Below are positions 11,001 to 22,395 of a stretch of 64,000 nt of DNA, piece by piece. Position 1 is the first letter of the stretch. The number at the start of each line of letters is the position of its first letter. The notes under the pieces were generated by a model. It did not search any database. It worked only from the letters and a program-made list of their open reading frames with translations, and was not told the DNA's origin. The translations under genes and the position numbers were made by a program. The stretch spans positions 10,658 through 74,657 of the forward strand of contig CAXTYC010000026.1 of assembly GCA_964248365.1 (NCBI GenBank). The letters are read 5' to 3'. This DNA is from an uncultured Chroococcidiopsis sp. (GTDB lineage: Bacteria; Cyanobacteriota; Cyanobacteriia; Cyanobacteriales; Chroococcidiopsidaceae).

Positions 11001-11059
11001 GATTTTGGGGACCTTGGATTAGATTTTCTCCTGTTGCCCCTTGCGCCCCTTGCGCCCCT

Positions 11060-11710
11060 CTACCCCCCAGTTCCCCCAGTTCCCCCAGTTCCCCTAGCTC
11101 CTAGCCCCTCATCCGACCCCCGTATCCGTGCTTTACCAGTAGCATCTAGCTGCATATTGCACTGACTGGAATTTTGACTAAAGTCGCAAGTATAAGAAGC
11201 CAAAAGTTCTTTTTGTTCGTTGAAGACTCTGAGGTTGTAACCGTAATCTCGTGCTACTGTGCCAAAGTGATTAACGAATTCGTAGCGCCCAATGTAGTCA
11301 AGCGAACTCCAATTTTGTCGATTTACAAATAGGTCGATGCGTCCAGCTGTTTCGCCTTGCGCCGGATAAGCTAACCAGTTATTGAGTACATCACCCCCAA
11401 ACTGTTCTTTCGCCCACCAGAGACTGGGAATTGTCAATCCTTCTTGAGATATAGTGTTGGATGTAATTACACGACCATCACGAATTGCCTCGGAGCCAGG
11501 GTTACCAGGTTCCAAGGGAGCCTGGGAAGGCTGTAGGATCGTTGGGGTTTGTGAGTGTGATGGTGGGGTTGGCAAAAGCGCGTAAGCGTTGCTTAACGAA
11601 GTTATCGCGCCTATGCTGACACCTAATAGCATCTGCGATGATTTCAGCCATGAATTCATCTTCTTTGGCACACTATACATTGCTAATTTGTCATTAATCG
11701 TTGTTACCAC
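11060..11710 (-). CDS. Conserved cyanobacterial hypothetical protein, probably exported
   Basis: 216-aa ORF; hydrophobic N-terminal segment, TIPSLWW motif; C-terminal GTGGTGG derived from a short repeat; start uncertain. Confidence 0.6.
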   Translation of the reverse strand: MVTTINDKLAMYSVPKKMNSWLKSSQMLLGVSIGAITSLSNAYALLPTPPSHSQTPTILQPSQAPLEPGNPGSEAIRDGRVITSNTISQEGLTIPSLWWAKEQFGGDVLNNWLAYPAQGETAGRIDLFVNRQNWSSLDYIGRYEFVNHFGTVARDYGYNLRVFNEQKELLASYTCDFSQNSSQCNMQLDATGKARIRGSDEGLGARGTGGTGGTGG

Positions 11711-11920
11711 AACTTTGACAAATTAGCAAGGTAGCCGCCGACTATACTGAACTCATACAGCAGCCCGTTTGATGTGTGTAATCTTCGATTGTGGCTGTAC
11801 GAGTGTTACTTGTCAAGCGCCTACGTCAGGATCAATAGCGTCTATGTCCTTTGCTGAATAACAAATGACTTTTGACTAATGACTAGCATACGCAGTATTT
11901 CATTTTTCCAAATGCGATGG

Positions 11921-12610
11921 CTACGCCCTTGATTTACTGGCTTTGATCACATTGCGGGTTCTACCCCAAATCGTGAGAAAAATAGTACCAGAAATCAAAG
12001 ACCCCAAAACTAACCTAACAGCATTTTTAATCAGAGCAAAGCTATTATTTGCTTGAGCGTCTGCTTCTGATTTTGTTGCTTGCTCAGCTTGGGCAATTTG
12101 TGCCAACACTTGTTTTTTTACTGCCTCTGGATTCCTAATTTGTAATGGTGCATTTTGAGGATTGAGACTACGCAAAACCTGAGTAATTTGTTCAGGCGTA
12201 TTAGCTTTGTTTAGCTGGGTTTTCAATTGCTGAATTTGAGTTGTCCTTTGCTGAATCTGAGATGACCTTTGAGAAAATTGCAAGTCATTTTGCTGCTGAA
12301 TCCGCCAAGCAGAACTGATAGCTAAAGGTATAAGTAAGAAAAACAAAACGGCAGCTACAACACTTGCCCAAGATAAAAATTTAAAAAACCGAAAGTTTTG
12401 TTCTCCAACTAATACCAACACTAATCCTATCAATGGCACAGGTACACGGTCAACTAGTTGATTTGCTAGCTGAAATTCCCAGCCTGGATCTGTAAAGCGA
12501 AAAGGAATAAAAAGCCCCAAAAGATCTAATAAAGACAAAGCTAATAAGCTATAGCCTGCTAAACGAAAAAGAGGAGCGAACCACTCTTGACTGCTATCTG
12601 ATTGTTTCAC
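11921..12610 (-). CDS. HpsJ-like membrane protein, cyanoexosortase A-associated
   Basis: Several TM segments, P.WEFQ...LVDRVPVPLIG motif, coiled-coil loop; follows exosortase genes. Confidence 0.75.
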   Translation of the reverse strand: MKQSDSSQEWFAPLFRLAGYSLLALSLLDLLGLFIPFRFTDPGWEFQLANQLVDRVPVPLIGLVLVLVGEQNFRFFKFLSWASVVAAVLFFLLIPLAISSAWRIQQQNDLQFSQRSSQIQQRTTQIQQLKTQLNKANTPEQITQVLRSLNPQNAPLQIRNPEAVKKQVLAQIAQAEQATKSEADAQANNSFALIKNAVRLVLGSLISGTIFLTIWGRTRNVIKASKSRA

Positions 12611-12701
12611 TTAAAAACACCATTAAATTAATAACTCGTAACTGATAACTGGTAACTGGTAATTGTCTCCCTCTTATTTATACTCTGTCCATATATAAGG
12701 A

Positions 12702-13388
12702 TCAAATTTGAGGAAAGCGGGAATGCCACCATTTGTACCAAGAAAACCATGCCTGTTCTAAAGTCGCATAGGCAGATTCTGGATCAGACTGATTTAAGGG
12801 TATAGACAAGTGCGTCCACAGGCAACGATTGTCACGCAGCTCTTGCCGTCCGAATATCCAAAGCAGTACACGTTGGAATTGCATATCATAGTGAACGCGG
12901 TTGTAGTCAAATTGTGCTGAAGTAAATGTACTACCCCCTTGTGGGTTGATACAAGCATTTAAATACGCCTGCTTTCGATGTGTAAAAACACCGTAGAAAC
13001 CAATTTGTTTATTTTGGCGTATATTCGGCATTGGTTGAGACGGCGGAAACACAATATCGGTATACTTTTCTATCAACTCCTTCATCTCCCCTTGTGTATT
13101 GACTTCATAGCGCATTTTGATTTCTAGGGGAATATCATTTTGCTTATAGCTATATTGCATTCCAGGTAGAACTAACTTCCCGTATGGAAGTTCATCGATA
13201 GTTCGATTGGGCAGAGATTTACTTGCCACAAACTGCCATTGCGGTAGGGGAACTGAGGAAGGAAAAACAAAACGAGTAACTGTTCGTCTGCCAATTCCAG
13301 GGTCAATAATTGTCTTGCCAAAAACGAATACCGCACTAGCAAATGTGAATACTAGCACAGGTATTCGCAGCTTTTTCTCAAGATTCAT
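12702..13388 (-). CDS. Cyanoexosortase A system-associated protein
   Basis: FPSSVPLPQWQ, ACINPQGGST, RCLWTHLS motifs; overlaps the exosortase stop. Confidence 0.8.
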   Translation of the reverse strand: MNLEKKLRIPVLVFTFASAVFVFGKTIIDPGIGRRTVTRFVFPSSVPLPQWQFVASKSLPNRTIDELPYGKLVLPGMQYSYKQNDIPLEIKMRYEVNTQGEMKELIEKYTDIVFPPSQPMPNIRQNKQIGFYGVFTHRKQAYLNACINPQGGSTFTSAQFDYNRVHYDMQFQRVLLWIFGRQELRDNRCLWTHLSIPLNQSDPESAYATLEQAWFSWYKWWHSRFPQI

Positions 13389-14263
13389 GATCCAGAAAGC
13401 TCCTTGGGCTGTTTGTTGTCAATATCTGTTTTCTGGCTGACAAAATAGCAGAACGCACCAAACAGCAGGGTAGAAATCAGAAAAAATATCTGAGAGCCAG
13501 TTCCTGTATGCCAGTATTTAAAAGTCCCAGGCTCAGAGTACGCGACTAGAGTAGCCATGATAGCGACGCGCACACTATTGACAATAAAAGCAATCAAAAC
13601 CGCAGCGAGGGGAACTAAGATTTTAGCGACTAATTTAGTGGGGAACATCACCAAAAAAATTACTGATAATTTTAATAGTGGGAATATACTTTCCCAGCCA
13701 GAACAGCCAGCAGCCACCTCTACGCTTCCGTTGGGAGGAAGGAAGATAAAAACTCCTTGGCGATGGACTTCATACCCTAAATAAGTTAGGATTGCCGTAG
13801 CAGTCTTAGCAGTGTAAATTGATAGTATACTAATTCGATCTACTAGTAAGTGTAATGGGGCATGGACAGCTAAGATAACTAGAAGTTCCTGCCAATATTG
13901 AGTCAATCCCTTAACTCCAGAAGCTAACAATGCTAGACCTAATCCAGCAATGAATGGACACAGGAAAAAAACTGAGTCAAAACTTGTCATCACTACGCTT
14001 CTGACAAGTACAAAAGCAATAAGTAATAAGCCGAAAAAGCTAGATAAAACGTCGCTTTTGAAGCTGAAAGTGTGGCGTTTTTCCCATAAAAGAGATAACA
14101 CAGCGCCCCAACCAAGAACACTCAAACTTGCCCCAGTCAAGTTTGGATCGCTTCTCCAAATCAGGTTCAAGTGAATAGCAATTAAACTGCCAGCGATCGC
14201 TAGTAACCAAAATTGTGTATTTTTTAGCGGTCTAAATTCCCCTAGGGAAGTAGCTTTGCTCAT
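13385..14263 (-). CDS. crtA: Cyanoexosortase A
   Basis: Multi-TM protein with exosortase catalytic residues V..GCSG, N..R, WH. Confidence 0.85.
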   Translation of the reverse strand: MSKATSLGEFRPLKNTQFWLLAIAGSLIAIHLNLIWRSDPNLTGASLSVLGWGAVLSLLWEKRHTFSFKSDVLSSFFGLLLIAFVLVRSVVMTSFDSVFFLCPFIAGLGLALLASGVKGLTQYWQELLVILAVHAPLHLLVDRISILSIYTAKTATAILTYLGYEVHRQGVFIFLPPNGSVEVAAGCSGWESIFPLLKLSVIFLVMFPTKLVAKILVPLAAVLIAFIVNSVRVAIMATLVAYSEPGTFKYWHTGTGSQIFFLISTLLFGAFCYFVSQKTDIDNKQPKELSGS

Positions 14264-14341
14264 AAAGTTATGAATATGAAGGATAAATTATGAATTATCA
14301 AAATTATAAGGTATAAATTTAACATTAGCATTCATAATTTA

Positions 14342-15472
14342 TCATCCCCACAGCCTGCGTCTAGGAGATCCATTCAGGCGATCATGAGTGTCAAACAGCA
14401 GTTTAGGAATATCTAGTTCTTCAGGACAGCGAGGTAAGCAGTCACCGCATTGCGTACACTTATTTGCTTTCATTCCATCGAACCAGTGACCAGCGTTTTC
14501 AAACATTCGATAACGATACTCGCCATACTCTTTCATATCGTAAGCAACAGCTAGATTGCGTAGTCGCAAAACTTCGGGAATATTGATTTTCTCTGGACAA
14601 GGTAAGCAAGCATAGCAAGAGCTACAGCGATCGCTGTGCAAAGTATCTGCTGCCACCGTCTCTAAATGCTGCAAAACTTCCACTTCCTTTGGTGTCAGTG
14701 GTTCATCCCGATCAGCTACACTTAAAGGTTCTATCAGTTCAGAAGGATTGGCTGCTCCCACACTCAGGGTAGTAATCCTCGGATCGCTCAGTAAAAAGCG
14801 GTAATTTAACTCTAAAGGTGAAAAAGGATAGCATAAGTCTTTAAGAATGTCTGGCGGCGTGTAAAGCCGTCCTCCCTTATCAGCGGGTGAAATGATAAAA
14901 ACACCCATATCCTTGGCGTGTGCTAGCTCAATTGCTGCTGCATTACGCTGAAAAAAGTAGTAATAATGCAGGTTGACAAATTCAAATAAATCTGTATTAA
15001 TTGCTGCTGTGATAATCTCTAGGGGAGCATGAGTAGAAAAGCCAACGTGTCGCACTCGACCATCAGCAACAGCTTCCCCAACGGCTTGCATACAGCCCTG
15101 ATCCCGCTGCACCAAGTCCAAATGTTCCCAGGTATTAATACCATGAATCGCTAGGCAATCGAGGTAATCTACTTCTAATCGCTCTAGCGACTCATCAATA
15201 TGGCGACGCATTAAATCGGCATCTGGCTGGGGAGAGATTTTAGTAGTAATGTAGAGTTGCGATCGCGGCACAAGCAACTCGCTTTTAAGCGCCGCACCCA
15301 GGTACAACTCACTTTTGCCATAACCTCTGGCAGTTTCTATGTGATTAATACCCAGAAATACAGCTTGTTGTATAGTCTGTCTAGCGTTTTCCTCCGAAGC
15401 CAGATAGCGCATCGTTCCCAAGGAAAACACTGACAACCACAAGTTCGTTTTGCCAAACTGTCGGTAGCGCAT
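14342..15472 (-). CDS. Aldo/keto reductase with C-terminal 4Fe-4S dicluster
   Basis: MRYRQFGKT start, HIETARGYG, CSSCYACLPCP and CTQCGDCLPRCP. Confidence 0.88.
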   Translation of the reverse strand: MRYRQFGKTNLWLSVFSLGTMRYLASEENARQTIQQAVFLGINHIETARGYGKSELYLGAALKSELLVPRSQLYITTKISPQPDADLMRRHIDESLERLEVDYLDCLAIHGINTWEHLDLVQRDQGCMQAVGEAVADGRVRHVGFSTHAPLEIITAAINTDLFEFVNLHYYYFFQRNAAAIELAHAKDMGVFIISPADKGGRLYTPPDILKDLCYPFSPLELNYRFLLSDPRITTLSVGAANPSELIEPLSVADRDEPLTPKEVEVLQHLETVAADTLHSDRCSSCYACLPCPEKINIPEVLRLRNLAVAYDMKEYGEYRYRMFENAGHWFDGMKANKCTQCGDCLPRCPEELDIPKLLFDTHDRLNGSPRRRLWG

Positions 15473-15669
15473 ATGTCTAGTGAATAGTAGGAGGGGCGGA
15501 TTTAAAAGAGTTATCTGTTTGCTCACAAGTATGCCTAATAAACCCGCCCGTACCCAAGTAGTGAGTAGGGAAAATGGTAAAGGTTAAAGATTTAAACTTC
15601 ATCCTTTACACTTCATCCTTTTTGCCTTTTCCCTCGCCACTTTTCCACTCGCCCCTCGCCACTTTGAAA

Positions 15670-16173
15670 TTAGGCTTCCCCCGCACTATAGCCGCCACCC
15701 TTGATTAAATCTTCAGGTCGGATATCAGCAAGAAATTCCCGAAAGGCTCGCTGTTCGGCTTCATCAGCTTCTCGATCAACGGGAATGGAAGCATCGGCTA
15801 GTACTTCTTCCATCACCCAAATCGGGGTGTTGGTGCGTAGGGCGATCGCGATCGCGTCGCTAGGACGAGCATCAATTTCTTTTTTCACCTCACCTTGACG
15901 GACACTCAAAATAGCAAAAAACGTTCCATCCTGAATCGAATGAATAATCACCTTTTCTAGGGACATATCCCAGATTTGGAGAATATTCACCATCAAGTCA
16001 TGGGTGAGAGGTCGGGGCGGTTTCTGATTTTCTAGCGCCCCAATGATCGCCTTTGCCTGGTCTTGATTTATATAGATTGGCAGCGCTCTTCGCTCTTGAC
16101 CATCTTTCAACAACACAATTGGACTGCGATTTACCGCATCTAAAGCAATGCCAGCGACTCTCATTTCAATCAT
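15670..16173 (-). CDS. Bifunctional nuclease family protein (DUF151)
   Basis: LPIYI, PPRPLTHDL, IDARPSDAIAIA motifs. Confidence 0.9.
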   Translation of the reverse strand: MIEMRVAGIALDAVNRSPIVLLKDGQERRALPIYINQDQAKAIIGALENQKPPRPLTHDLMVNILQIWDMSLEKVIIHSIQDGTFFAILSVRQGEVKKEIDARPSDAIAIALRTNTPIWVMEEVLADASIPVDREADEAEQRAFREFLADIRPEDLIKGGGYSAGEA

Positions 16174-16528
16174 TTGCGTAGCCTCTAAAATTTTCTAGGC
16201 AAAGGTAAGTAAGTAGACAGGGAAGGTTGTTACTGTATAGATAGGGATAAGAATAAAAATACTTTATAGCTTTATTGAATATAGCTTTAATAGAATTAAT
16301 TGCGTCCAAACACAGCAGCAATCACAAAGCTAACTCAAACGACTATAGCTAAGGATAGATTTCCAACCAACTCCTTATCTAAAAGTATGCCCTGATTTTA
16401 TGATGATTCTATTCAACTAGCTCTCACAACTTTTGCCAGATCCAAGTGATAAATTGAAGTAAATACAAGCTTTAAAGTATAAATCAGCCTCAATCAGTTA
16501 AATTCACTCAATTATTTGAAAAAAAGCC

Positions 16529-17188
16529 GTGTTTACAGGATTAGTACAAGCATTAGGAAAAATTCGCTCACTAGGAAGCTACGATTATGAAATTTCTTGT
16601 GAGAGTGAGCAAAAGGATGTAATTTTAAAAGATTTGGCGATCGGTGATAGCGTCGCTGTGGATGGCGTATGCCTAAGTGTAATGAAGATATTACCCCAAG
16701 GATTTATTGCCGCCGCTTCGCCCGAAACTCTTAGCCGTACTACCCTAGGACAACGGCAAATCGATGAGGGCTATGTCAACTTAGAAACTTCGCTGCGAGT
16801 TGGTAGTAAACTAGGGGGACATTTTGTTATGGGTCATGTAGACGGTACAGGTAGTCTACAAGCTCTAGAGCAAACAGCGACTTCTTGGGAAATGAGCTTT
16901 ACTACAACAGATGCGATCGCCCGTTACATCGTCCCCAAAGGAAGCATCGCCGTCAATGGAGTCAGCCTAACCATAGCAGACTATGATCCAGCACAAAACT
17001 GGTTCAAAGTAGCCGTAATTCCCCTCACTTATGCCGATACCAACCTGCGCTATCTCAGTCTAGGTAGCTTAGTAAACCTAGAAGCCGACATATTGGGCAA
17101 ATACGTAGAAAAGCTACACCATTTCAACCCCAACCACAAAGCAGCAGATATCACCCCAGCCTTTTTAATAGAACACGGGTACTTGTAA
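16529..17188 (+). CDS. ribE: Riboflavin synthase (alpha chain)
   Basis: MFTGLV N-terminus, GDSVAVDGVCL, GGHFVMGHVDG, KGSIAVNGVSLT. Confidence 0.95.
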   Translation: MFTGLVQALGKIRSLGSYDYEISCESEQKDVILKDLAIGDSVAVDGVCLSVMKILPQGFIAAASPETLSRTTLGQRQIDEGYVNLETSLRVGSKLGGHFVMGHVDGTGSLQALEQTATSWEMSFTTTDAIARYIVPKGSIAVNGVSLTIADYDPAQNWFKVAVIPLTYADTNLRYLSLGSLVNLEADILGKYVEKLHHFNPNHKAADITPAFLIEHGYL

Positions 17189-17391
17189 AATGAAAGGGGA
17201 AAGGGAAAAGGGAAAAGGGAAAAGGGAAAAGGGTAATTTCCCCCCAGATCCTCCAGCTTCCCCATCTTCCCATCTCCCACTTTCCCCCTCTTATAAAAAG
17301 TAGCTTGCCTCAAGAGCCTTCAACCCCCTGAGCAAGCTACCTCTCTAATCTCTTTCCTCTGCGTCCTCTGCGTCCTTTGCGGTTCGTTTCT

Positions 17392-18792
17392 CTAAAGCTG
17401 CTTTACCTCAGAAACCAACTTAGCCACCGCATCCTTAGCACTACCAAAAAGCATCGTAGTTTTATCCTTGTAGAACAACTCATTGTCTACACCAGCAAAA
17501 CCCGTACTCATACCCCGCTTAATCACGATAGTCTGCTTAGCTCGATCTACTTCCAGAATTGGCATACCATAAATCGGGCTAGCAGAATCGTGACGAGCCG
17601 CCGGATTGACTACATCGTTTGCCCCAATCACCAAAGCGACATCAGTTTGGTCAAAGTGATCGTTAATATCATCCATATCATACAACTGGGTATAAGGCAC
17701 ATTAGCCTCTGCCAGCAACACATTCATGTGTCCAGGCATTCTACCAGCAACTGGGTGAATAGCGTACTTAACATCTACTCCCAGCTTTTCGAGTTGATCT
17801 GCCAACTCGCGCACCGAATGCTGTGCCTGAGCTACTGCCATACCGTAGCCTGGAACAACCACGACAGAACGAGCATAGCCCAACATCATCGCGGCTTCTT
17901 CTGGATCTACACTACGGACAGTTTTATCAGTTTGAGCTGATCCACCAGCGCCACCAGCTGCCCCAACTTTCCCAAAAGCTCCAAACAGCACACTGAATAG
18001 AGAGCGGTTCATCGCCTTACACATAATCTCAGTCAAGATTAATCCCGACGCTCCCACCAATGCACCAGCGATGATCAACATATTGTTCATCACCACAAAA
18101 CCAGCGGCACTCGCGGCTATACCGGATAACGAGTTCAACAGCGAAATTACTACAGGCATATCGCCGCCGCCGATGGGGATGACAAACAGCACACCCAGGA
18201 GTAAGGAAACAGCAACCAGTGCCAAGAATATTGGCAGAAGGGGTGTACCCACAAAATAGACACCACCCACCACAAAGCCAATCAGGAGCAAAACGTTAAT
18301 CGGTTGCTGTAAAGGAAATGTAATCGGAGAGCCACTGATTAAACCTTGCAGTTTGGCAAAGGCTACCATACTGCCAGTAAAGGTGACACCGCCAATAAAC
18401 ACGTCTAGCAACATGGAGATATTGGCATCGAGGGGAATGGCGTGTGTGGTTCCCATTAGCCGCCAAAACTCCGCCACAGCTACCAAAGCCGAAGCAGCAC
18501 CACCCAATCCGTTCAACAAGCCCACCATTTGGGGCATTTCAGTCATTTGCACTTTATAGGCAACGATCGCTCCCACAAAAGAACCAATCGCCAACCCCAG
18601 CAGAATCATCTGGTAATTCAACACCTGCTGATCTAGCAGCGTTGCCACCACAGCTAGCAACATTCCCACAGCGGCAAGTAAATTGCCGTTACGTGCCGTC
18701 GCGGGTGATCCCAGCTTTTTCAACCCCACAATAAACAAAGATGCAGCAACTAAGTACGTCAGCTGAATCCCAGTCGGCAAAAACTCACTCAC
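17392..18792 (-). CDS. pntB: NAD(P) transhydrogenase subunit beta
   Basis: GGGDMPVVIS, PGYGMAVAQAQ, HPVAGRMPGHMNVLLAEA. Confidence 0.97.
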   Translation of the reverse strand: MSEFLPTGIQLTYLVAASLFIVGLKKLGSPATARNGNLLAAVGMLLAVVATLLDQQVLNYQMILLGLAIGSFVGAIVAYKVQMTEMPQMVGLLNGLGGAASALVAVAEFWRLMGTTHAIPLDANISMLLDVFIGGVTFTGSMVAFAKLQGLISGSPITFPLQQPINVLLLIGFVVGGVYFVGTPLLPIFLALVAVSLLLGVLFVIPIGGGDMPVVISLLNSLSGIAASAAGFVVMNNMLIIAGALVGASGLILTEIMCKAMNRSLFSVLFGAFGKVGAAGGAGGSAQTDKTVRSVDPEEAAMMLGYARSVVVVPGYGMAVAQAQHSVRELADQLEKLGVDVKYAIHPVAGRMPGHMNVLLAEANVPYTQLYDMDDINDHFDQTDVALVIGANDVVNPAARHDSASPIYGMPILEVDRAKQTIVIKRGMSTGFAGVDNELFYKDKTTMLFGSAKDAVAKLVSEVKQL

Positions 18793-19082
18793 GCTTTCAC
18801 CTCTTTTTTCTTGAACATTTGCAACATCCGATCTGTAACTAGGAAACCACCAACTACGTTAACGGTTGCCAGCACTATAGCAATCAATCCCAAAATCACT
18901 GACAAATTCCAGTCTTTGGGACCTGCAACCACCAAAGCCCCAATTACGGCAATGCCAGAAATGGCATTTGCCCCAGACATCAACGGAGTATGTAATGTCG
19001 GTGGTACTTTGTTAATTACCTCAAATCCGGTAAAAGATGCGAGGACGAATACGAAAAAAGCAGCAATCAATGTTTCTGTCAT
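18789..19082 (-). CDS. pntA2: NAD(P) transhydrogenase alpha subunit, membrane part
   Basis: VPPTLHTPLMSGANAISG, NVVGGFLVTDRML; start MTETLI at 19082. Confidence 0.93.
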   Translation of the reverse strand: MTETLIAAFFVFVLASFTGFEVINKVPPTLHTPLMSGANAISGIAVIGALVVAGPKDWNLSVILGLIAIVLATVNVVGGFLVTDRMLQMFKKKEVKA

Positions 19083-19273
19083 AGTTAAAAACTCCTTTTG
19101 GTAATTGGTAGTTGGTAGTTGGTGAAAGGGGAAAAGGGAAAAGGGAAAAGGTGAAAGGGTAATTCCTGGTTCCTGGTTCATAATTTTTCTTTTCCCCTCT
19201 GCACCTGAAGCTCCCCTGCTTCCCTACTCCCTACTCCAAAACGAACTACTCCCTTTCCCATTACCGATATTTG

Positions 19274-20440
19274 TTACCCTGCGGTTGCACCGCTGAAAGT
19301 TGCTAAAGCCTCCTTCACCCGTGAGTTGCGAATTTCCCCAGCATGGGTAATACAAGCAGCATCGATGATGTCGTCCTCGAAGTTCAGATTTAGGTTTTTG
19401 TCCTTAATCATGAGTTGGACTAGGGTAGAAAGGTTTTTGGCGTACAACTGGCTAGCGTGTACTGGTACTGATGAGGGTAGATTAATTGAACCAATAATGG
19501 TGACACCGTTACGTTGAACGTCTTTCCCAGGTTCAGTTAGGGCGCAGTTTCCTCCCTGTTCAGCGGCAATATCGACAATTACAGCACCAGGTTTCATCTG
19601 CGCTACCATTTCCTCTGTGACTAACAGCGGGGCTTTCTTGCCTGGAACTTGAGCCGTCGTGATTACTACATCTGCTTGCTTAATGTGTTCGGTTACAACT
19701 TCCTGGGTACGCTGCTTGCTAGATTCGGAAATTTCCTTGGCATATCCTCCGGCTGCGACTGTTTCTTCGTTCAGCTCGACTTCGATGAATTTGGCTCCCA
19801 AACTTTGTACTTCTTCCTTGACAGCAGGGCGGATATCAAATGCTTCTACGATCGCACCTAGTCGGCGGGCGGTGGCGATCGCTTGCAGCCCTGCTACACC
19901 AGCACCCATAATAAATACTTTAGCTGGGGCGATCGTGCCTGCTGCTGTTGTTAACATTGGGAAGTACTTGGGCAATGCAGCTGCTGCTATTAATACAGCT
20001 TTGTAGCCTGCAATCGATGCCTGGGATGACAAGGCATCCATGCTCTGCGCCCTGGTAGTACGGGGGATCATTTCTATACTAAAAGCCGTGATTCGGCGTT
20101 CTGCCAGCCGTTGCGCTACGGATGGTTCACCCAAGGGATTGAGAAACCCAATCAATACAGCTCCTTCGTGCAGCATATCAATTTCCGATCGCCCATCCTC
20201 TCGCTCTTGCGGTAATCCAACTTTGAGCAGGATATCTGCTTCATGCCATAAGGTAGCAGGATCGTCAATTATTTTTGCTCCTGCTGCTTCATACGCAGCA
20301 TCAGAGAAAAACGACCGTTCACCAGCTCCCGCCTCTACCCATACTTCTAGCCCTTGTTTAACCAATCGGGCAACTATGTCTGGTACTAAAGCGACACGAC
20401 GTTCACCAACTTCAATTTCTTTGGCAACCGCTATTTTCAT
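19274..20440 (-). CDS. pntA: NAD(P) transhydrogenase alpha subunit, soluble part
   Basis: GERRVA, RAQSMDALSSQ, GAGVAGLQA, GGYAKE. Confidence 0.96.
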   Translation of the reverse strand: MKIAVAKEIEVGERRVALVPDIVARLVKQGLEVWVEAGAGERSFFSDAAYEAAGAKIIDDPATLWHEADILLKVGLPQEREDGRSEIDMLHEGAVLIGFLNPLGEPSVAQRLAERRITAFSIEMIPRTTRAQSMDALSSQASIAGYKAVLIAAAALPKYFPMLTTAAGTIAPAKVFIMGAGVAGLQAIATARRLGAIVEAFDIRPAVKEEVQSLGAKFIEVELNEETVAAGGYAKEISESSKQRTQEVVTEHIKQADVVITTAQVPGKKAPLLVTEEMVAQMKPGAVIVDIAAEQGGNCALTEPGKDVQRNGVTIIGSINLPSSVPVHASQLYAKNLSTLVQLMIKDKNLNLNFEDDIIDAACITHAGEIRNSRVKEALATFSGATAG

Positions 20441-21475
20441 CTAATCTCCTTCTGGGAAACAATTGATTTCTTGATTGATGATGGTTAGATATCCTTGTTC
20501 TGTTAGGCATCCTCAGTGATTAGCTGATTATCCTTCGCCCACTCAAACTTAATTGGGTGATTTTCTACTTAATTGTAACGATGCAAAAATTTTTGGAGCT
20601 TCTAGAAAGCAGCCAATTTTTGCATCTTATTTTGCTTCCCAAAGTCTGAATCTGTGTCTTCAACTTTTCTTCTAAGTTGCCAGAGTGCAACTACTATCAG
20701 CTTTTGCTGGCACTACTGACCTCACCTTTTTATCATGCATTAGTAATCATTACATTAAATCTCTTAACGAGTCTAATTTCTGTGTAATTTTTATCTAAAT
20801 CTTTAAAAAGCTAATGTTTAAAGCATTAATTTAACTATGTCTTGATGAATATAGCTTAAGCTCGCAGGCGATCGCGCTTGTCAAACACCTCAATTTTTAT
20901 AACGAAATCTATAAGTTTATCTAAGATTAGACATGATAATTAATACTGATATTTAATAGGAGACCTATATAGTAGGGGCGGGTTTAACAAATATACCTGT
21001 AGGAATATAAAAATTTCAGTACAACCCTTATTACCCATGTCAAGAACAATAAAGGACAAGGAGGAAGTGGGGGAGCAGGGGGAGAGTGGGAGAGTGGGAG
21101 AGGGGGAGAATTGTTAATTTATACTTTTTGCTTTCATCCTTTTCTCTTTCGCCTTTCCCCTTTCACCTTTCCCGCAATACCTCTTTTCCCAACTACCAAT
21201 TATCAGTTACCAGTTCCCAATTCCCTATGGCACTTTTTGCCGTTGTTTACCGTCCGCTTTGGTAAAGTCATTTTTAGTAAAGTTTAGCTACGAACAGTTA
21301 GATTCACCCCAATTCCCAATTAAAACAAGTGCCTGAAGATAGAGGCGAAGGAAGGAGAGAAAAATTTTTCTTCTATGTCATCCATCCAAATGCACGAAAA
21401 GGGCAAATTCACAATTGCGAATTACTAATTGCGAATTGACAATTGTTTTGGTTATTGTTCTTCAAAGGAGCTTGT

Positions 21476-21988
21476 ATGCGACGCTTATTTGCCACTTTAG
21501 CTGTTTCTAGCTTGTTGCTGACTGGGTTCCCGATTATCAGCAATGCCCAGAGTTTACCTGGATTAACCATATTTAGCGGCGTTAAGCGTGAAAACGAACT
21601 GCCCTTTAAGTTAGATTTTGGCGGTCAAGTCAATGGTTGGGATCGCTACCGTTTGAGAATTCCAGCCAAAAAACTGAATTTGGCAGTTGCTCAGTTTTCC
21701 ATTACCTACCCAGATTATTACAGAGGCAAATTTGATAAGGATAAGATTGAGGTGCGCATTAAAGGTAAAAAAGTGCCGCTGCAACAGGTAGTTTGGGATA
21801 AAGATAATCATAAGGTGGACATTTATCCCCAAGAGCCAATTCCCGCAGGCAGCCGCGTTGAGTTGGTATTCTCAAATGTGAAAAATCCCAACTCTGGGGG
21901 AACTTTTTATTTCAACTGCAATATTCAGACTCCTGGAGATGTGCCACTGCTGCGTTACGTTGGCACATGGATTGTGAGTATTAGTTAG
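21476..21988 (+). CDS. DUF2808 domain exported protein
   Basis: Signal peptide; VFSNVKNP..GGTFYFN motif; usual position upstream of rpmH in cyanobacteria. Confidence 0.75.
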   Translation: MRRLFATLAVSSLLLTGFPIISNAQSLPGLTIFSGVKRENELPFKLDFGGQVNGWDRYRLRIPAKKLNLAVAQFSITYPDYYRGKFDKDKIEVRIKGKKVPLQQVVWDKDNHKVDIYPQEPIPAGSRVELVFSNVKNPNSGGTFYFNCNIQTPGDVPLLRYVGTWIVSIS

Positions 21989-22223
21989 GGCTAGGGGCGC
22001 TCGTGCGCTCGTGCGCTATGAGCGAGTTGCCCCACGTATACAAATATTATCTCCCCCTGCTCCACGCCAGTTTGCCCCTGCGGGGGTTCCCCCCGCACCT
22101 TTCTGGCTCCCCTGCTTCCTTTTGCTCCCCCTGCTTTCTTCTAGCCTAAGCGTCCCTGATTTGGTGATAAAATAGCAGATTGTGACTTTTTTAGCTGAAC
22201 AACTAACTGACGAGTACACAATT

Positions 22224-22358
22224 ATGAAGCGCACGCTGGAAGGAACCAACCGTAAAAGAAAAAGAACATCAGGGTTTCGCGCTCGGATGCGTAACCCAGA
22301 TGGTCAAAACGTAATTAAGGCTCGCAGAAGAAAAGGGCGTTATCGTCTTACTGTTTAG
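22224..22358 (+). CDS. rpmH: 50S ribosomal protein L34
   Basis: Manual translation [44 protein letters not shown]; below ORF-track cutoff. Confidence 0.97.
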   Translation: MKRTLEGTNRKRKRTSGFRARMRNPDGQNVIKARRRKGRYRLTV

Positions 22359-22395
22359 CAGCCTTATTACATCAATGTTGCGATCGAGATCGCGT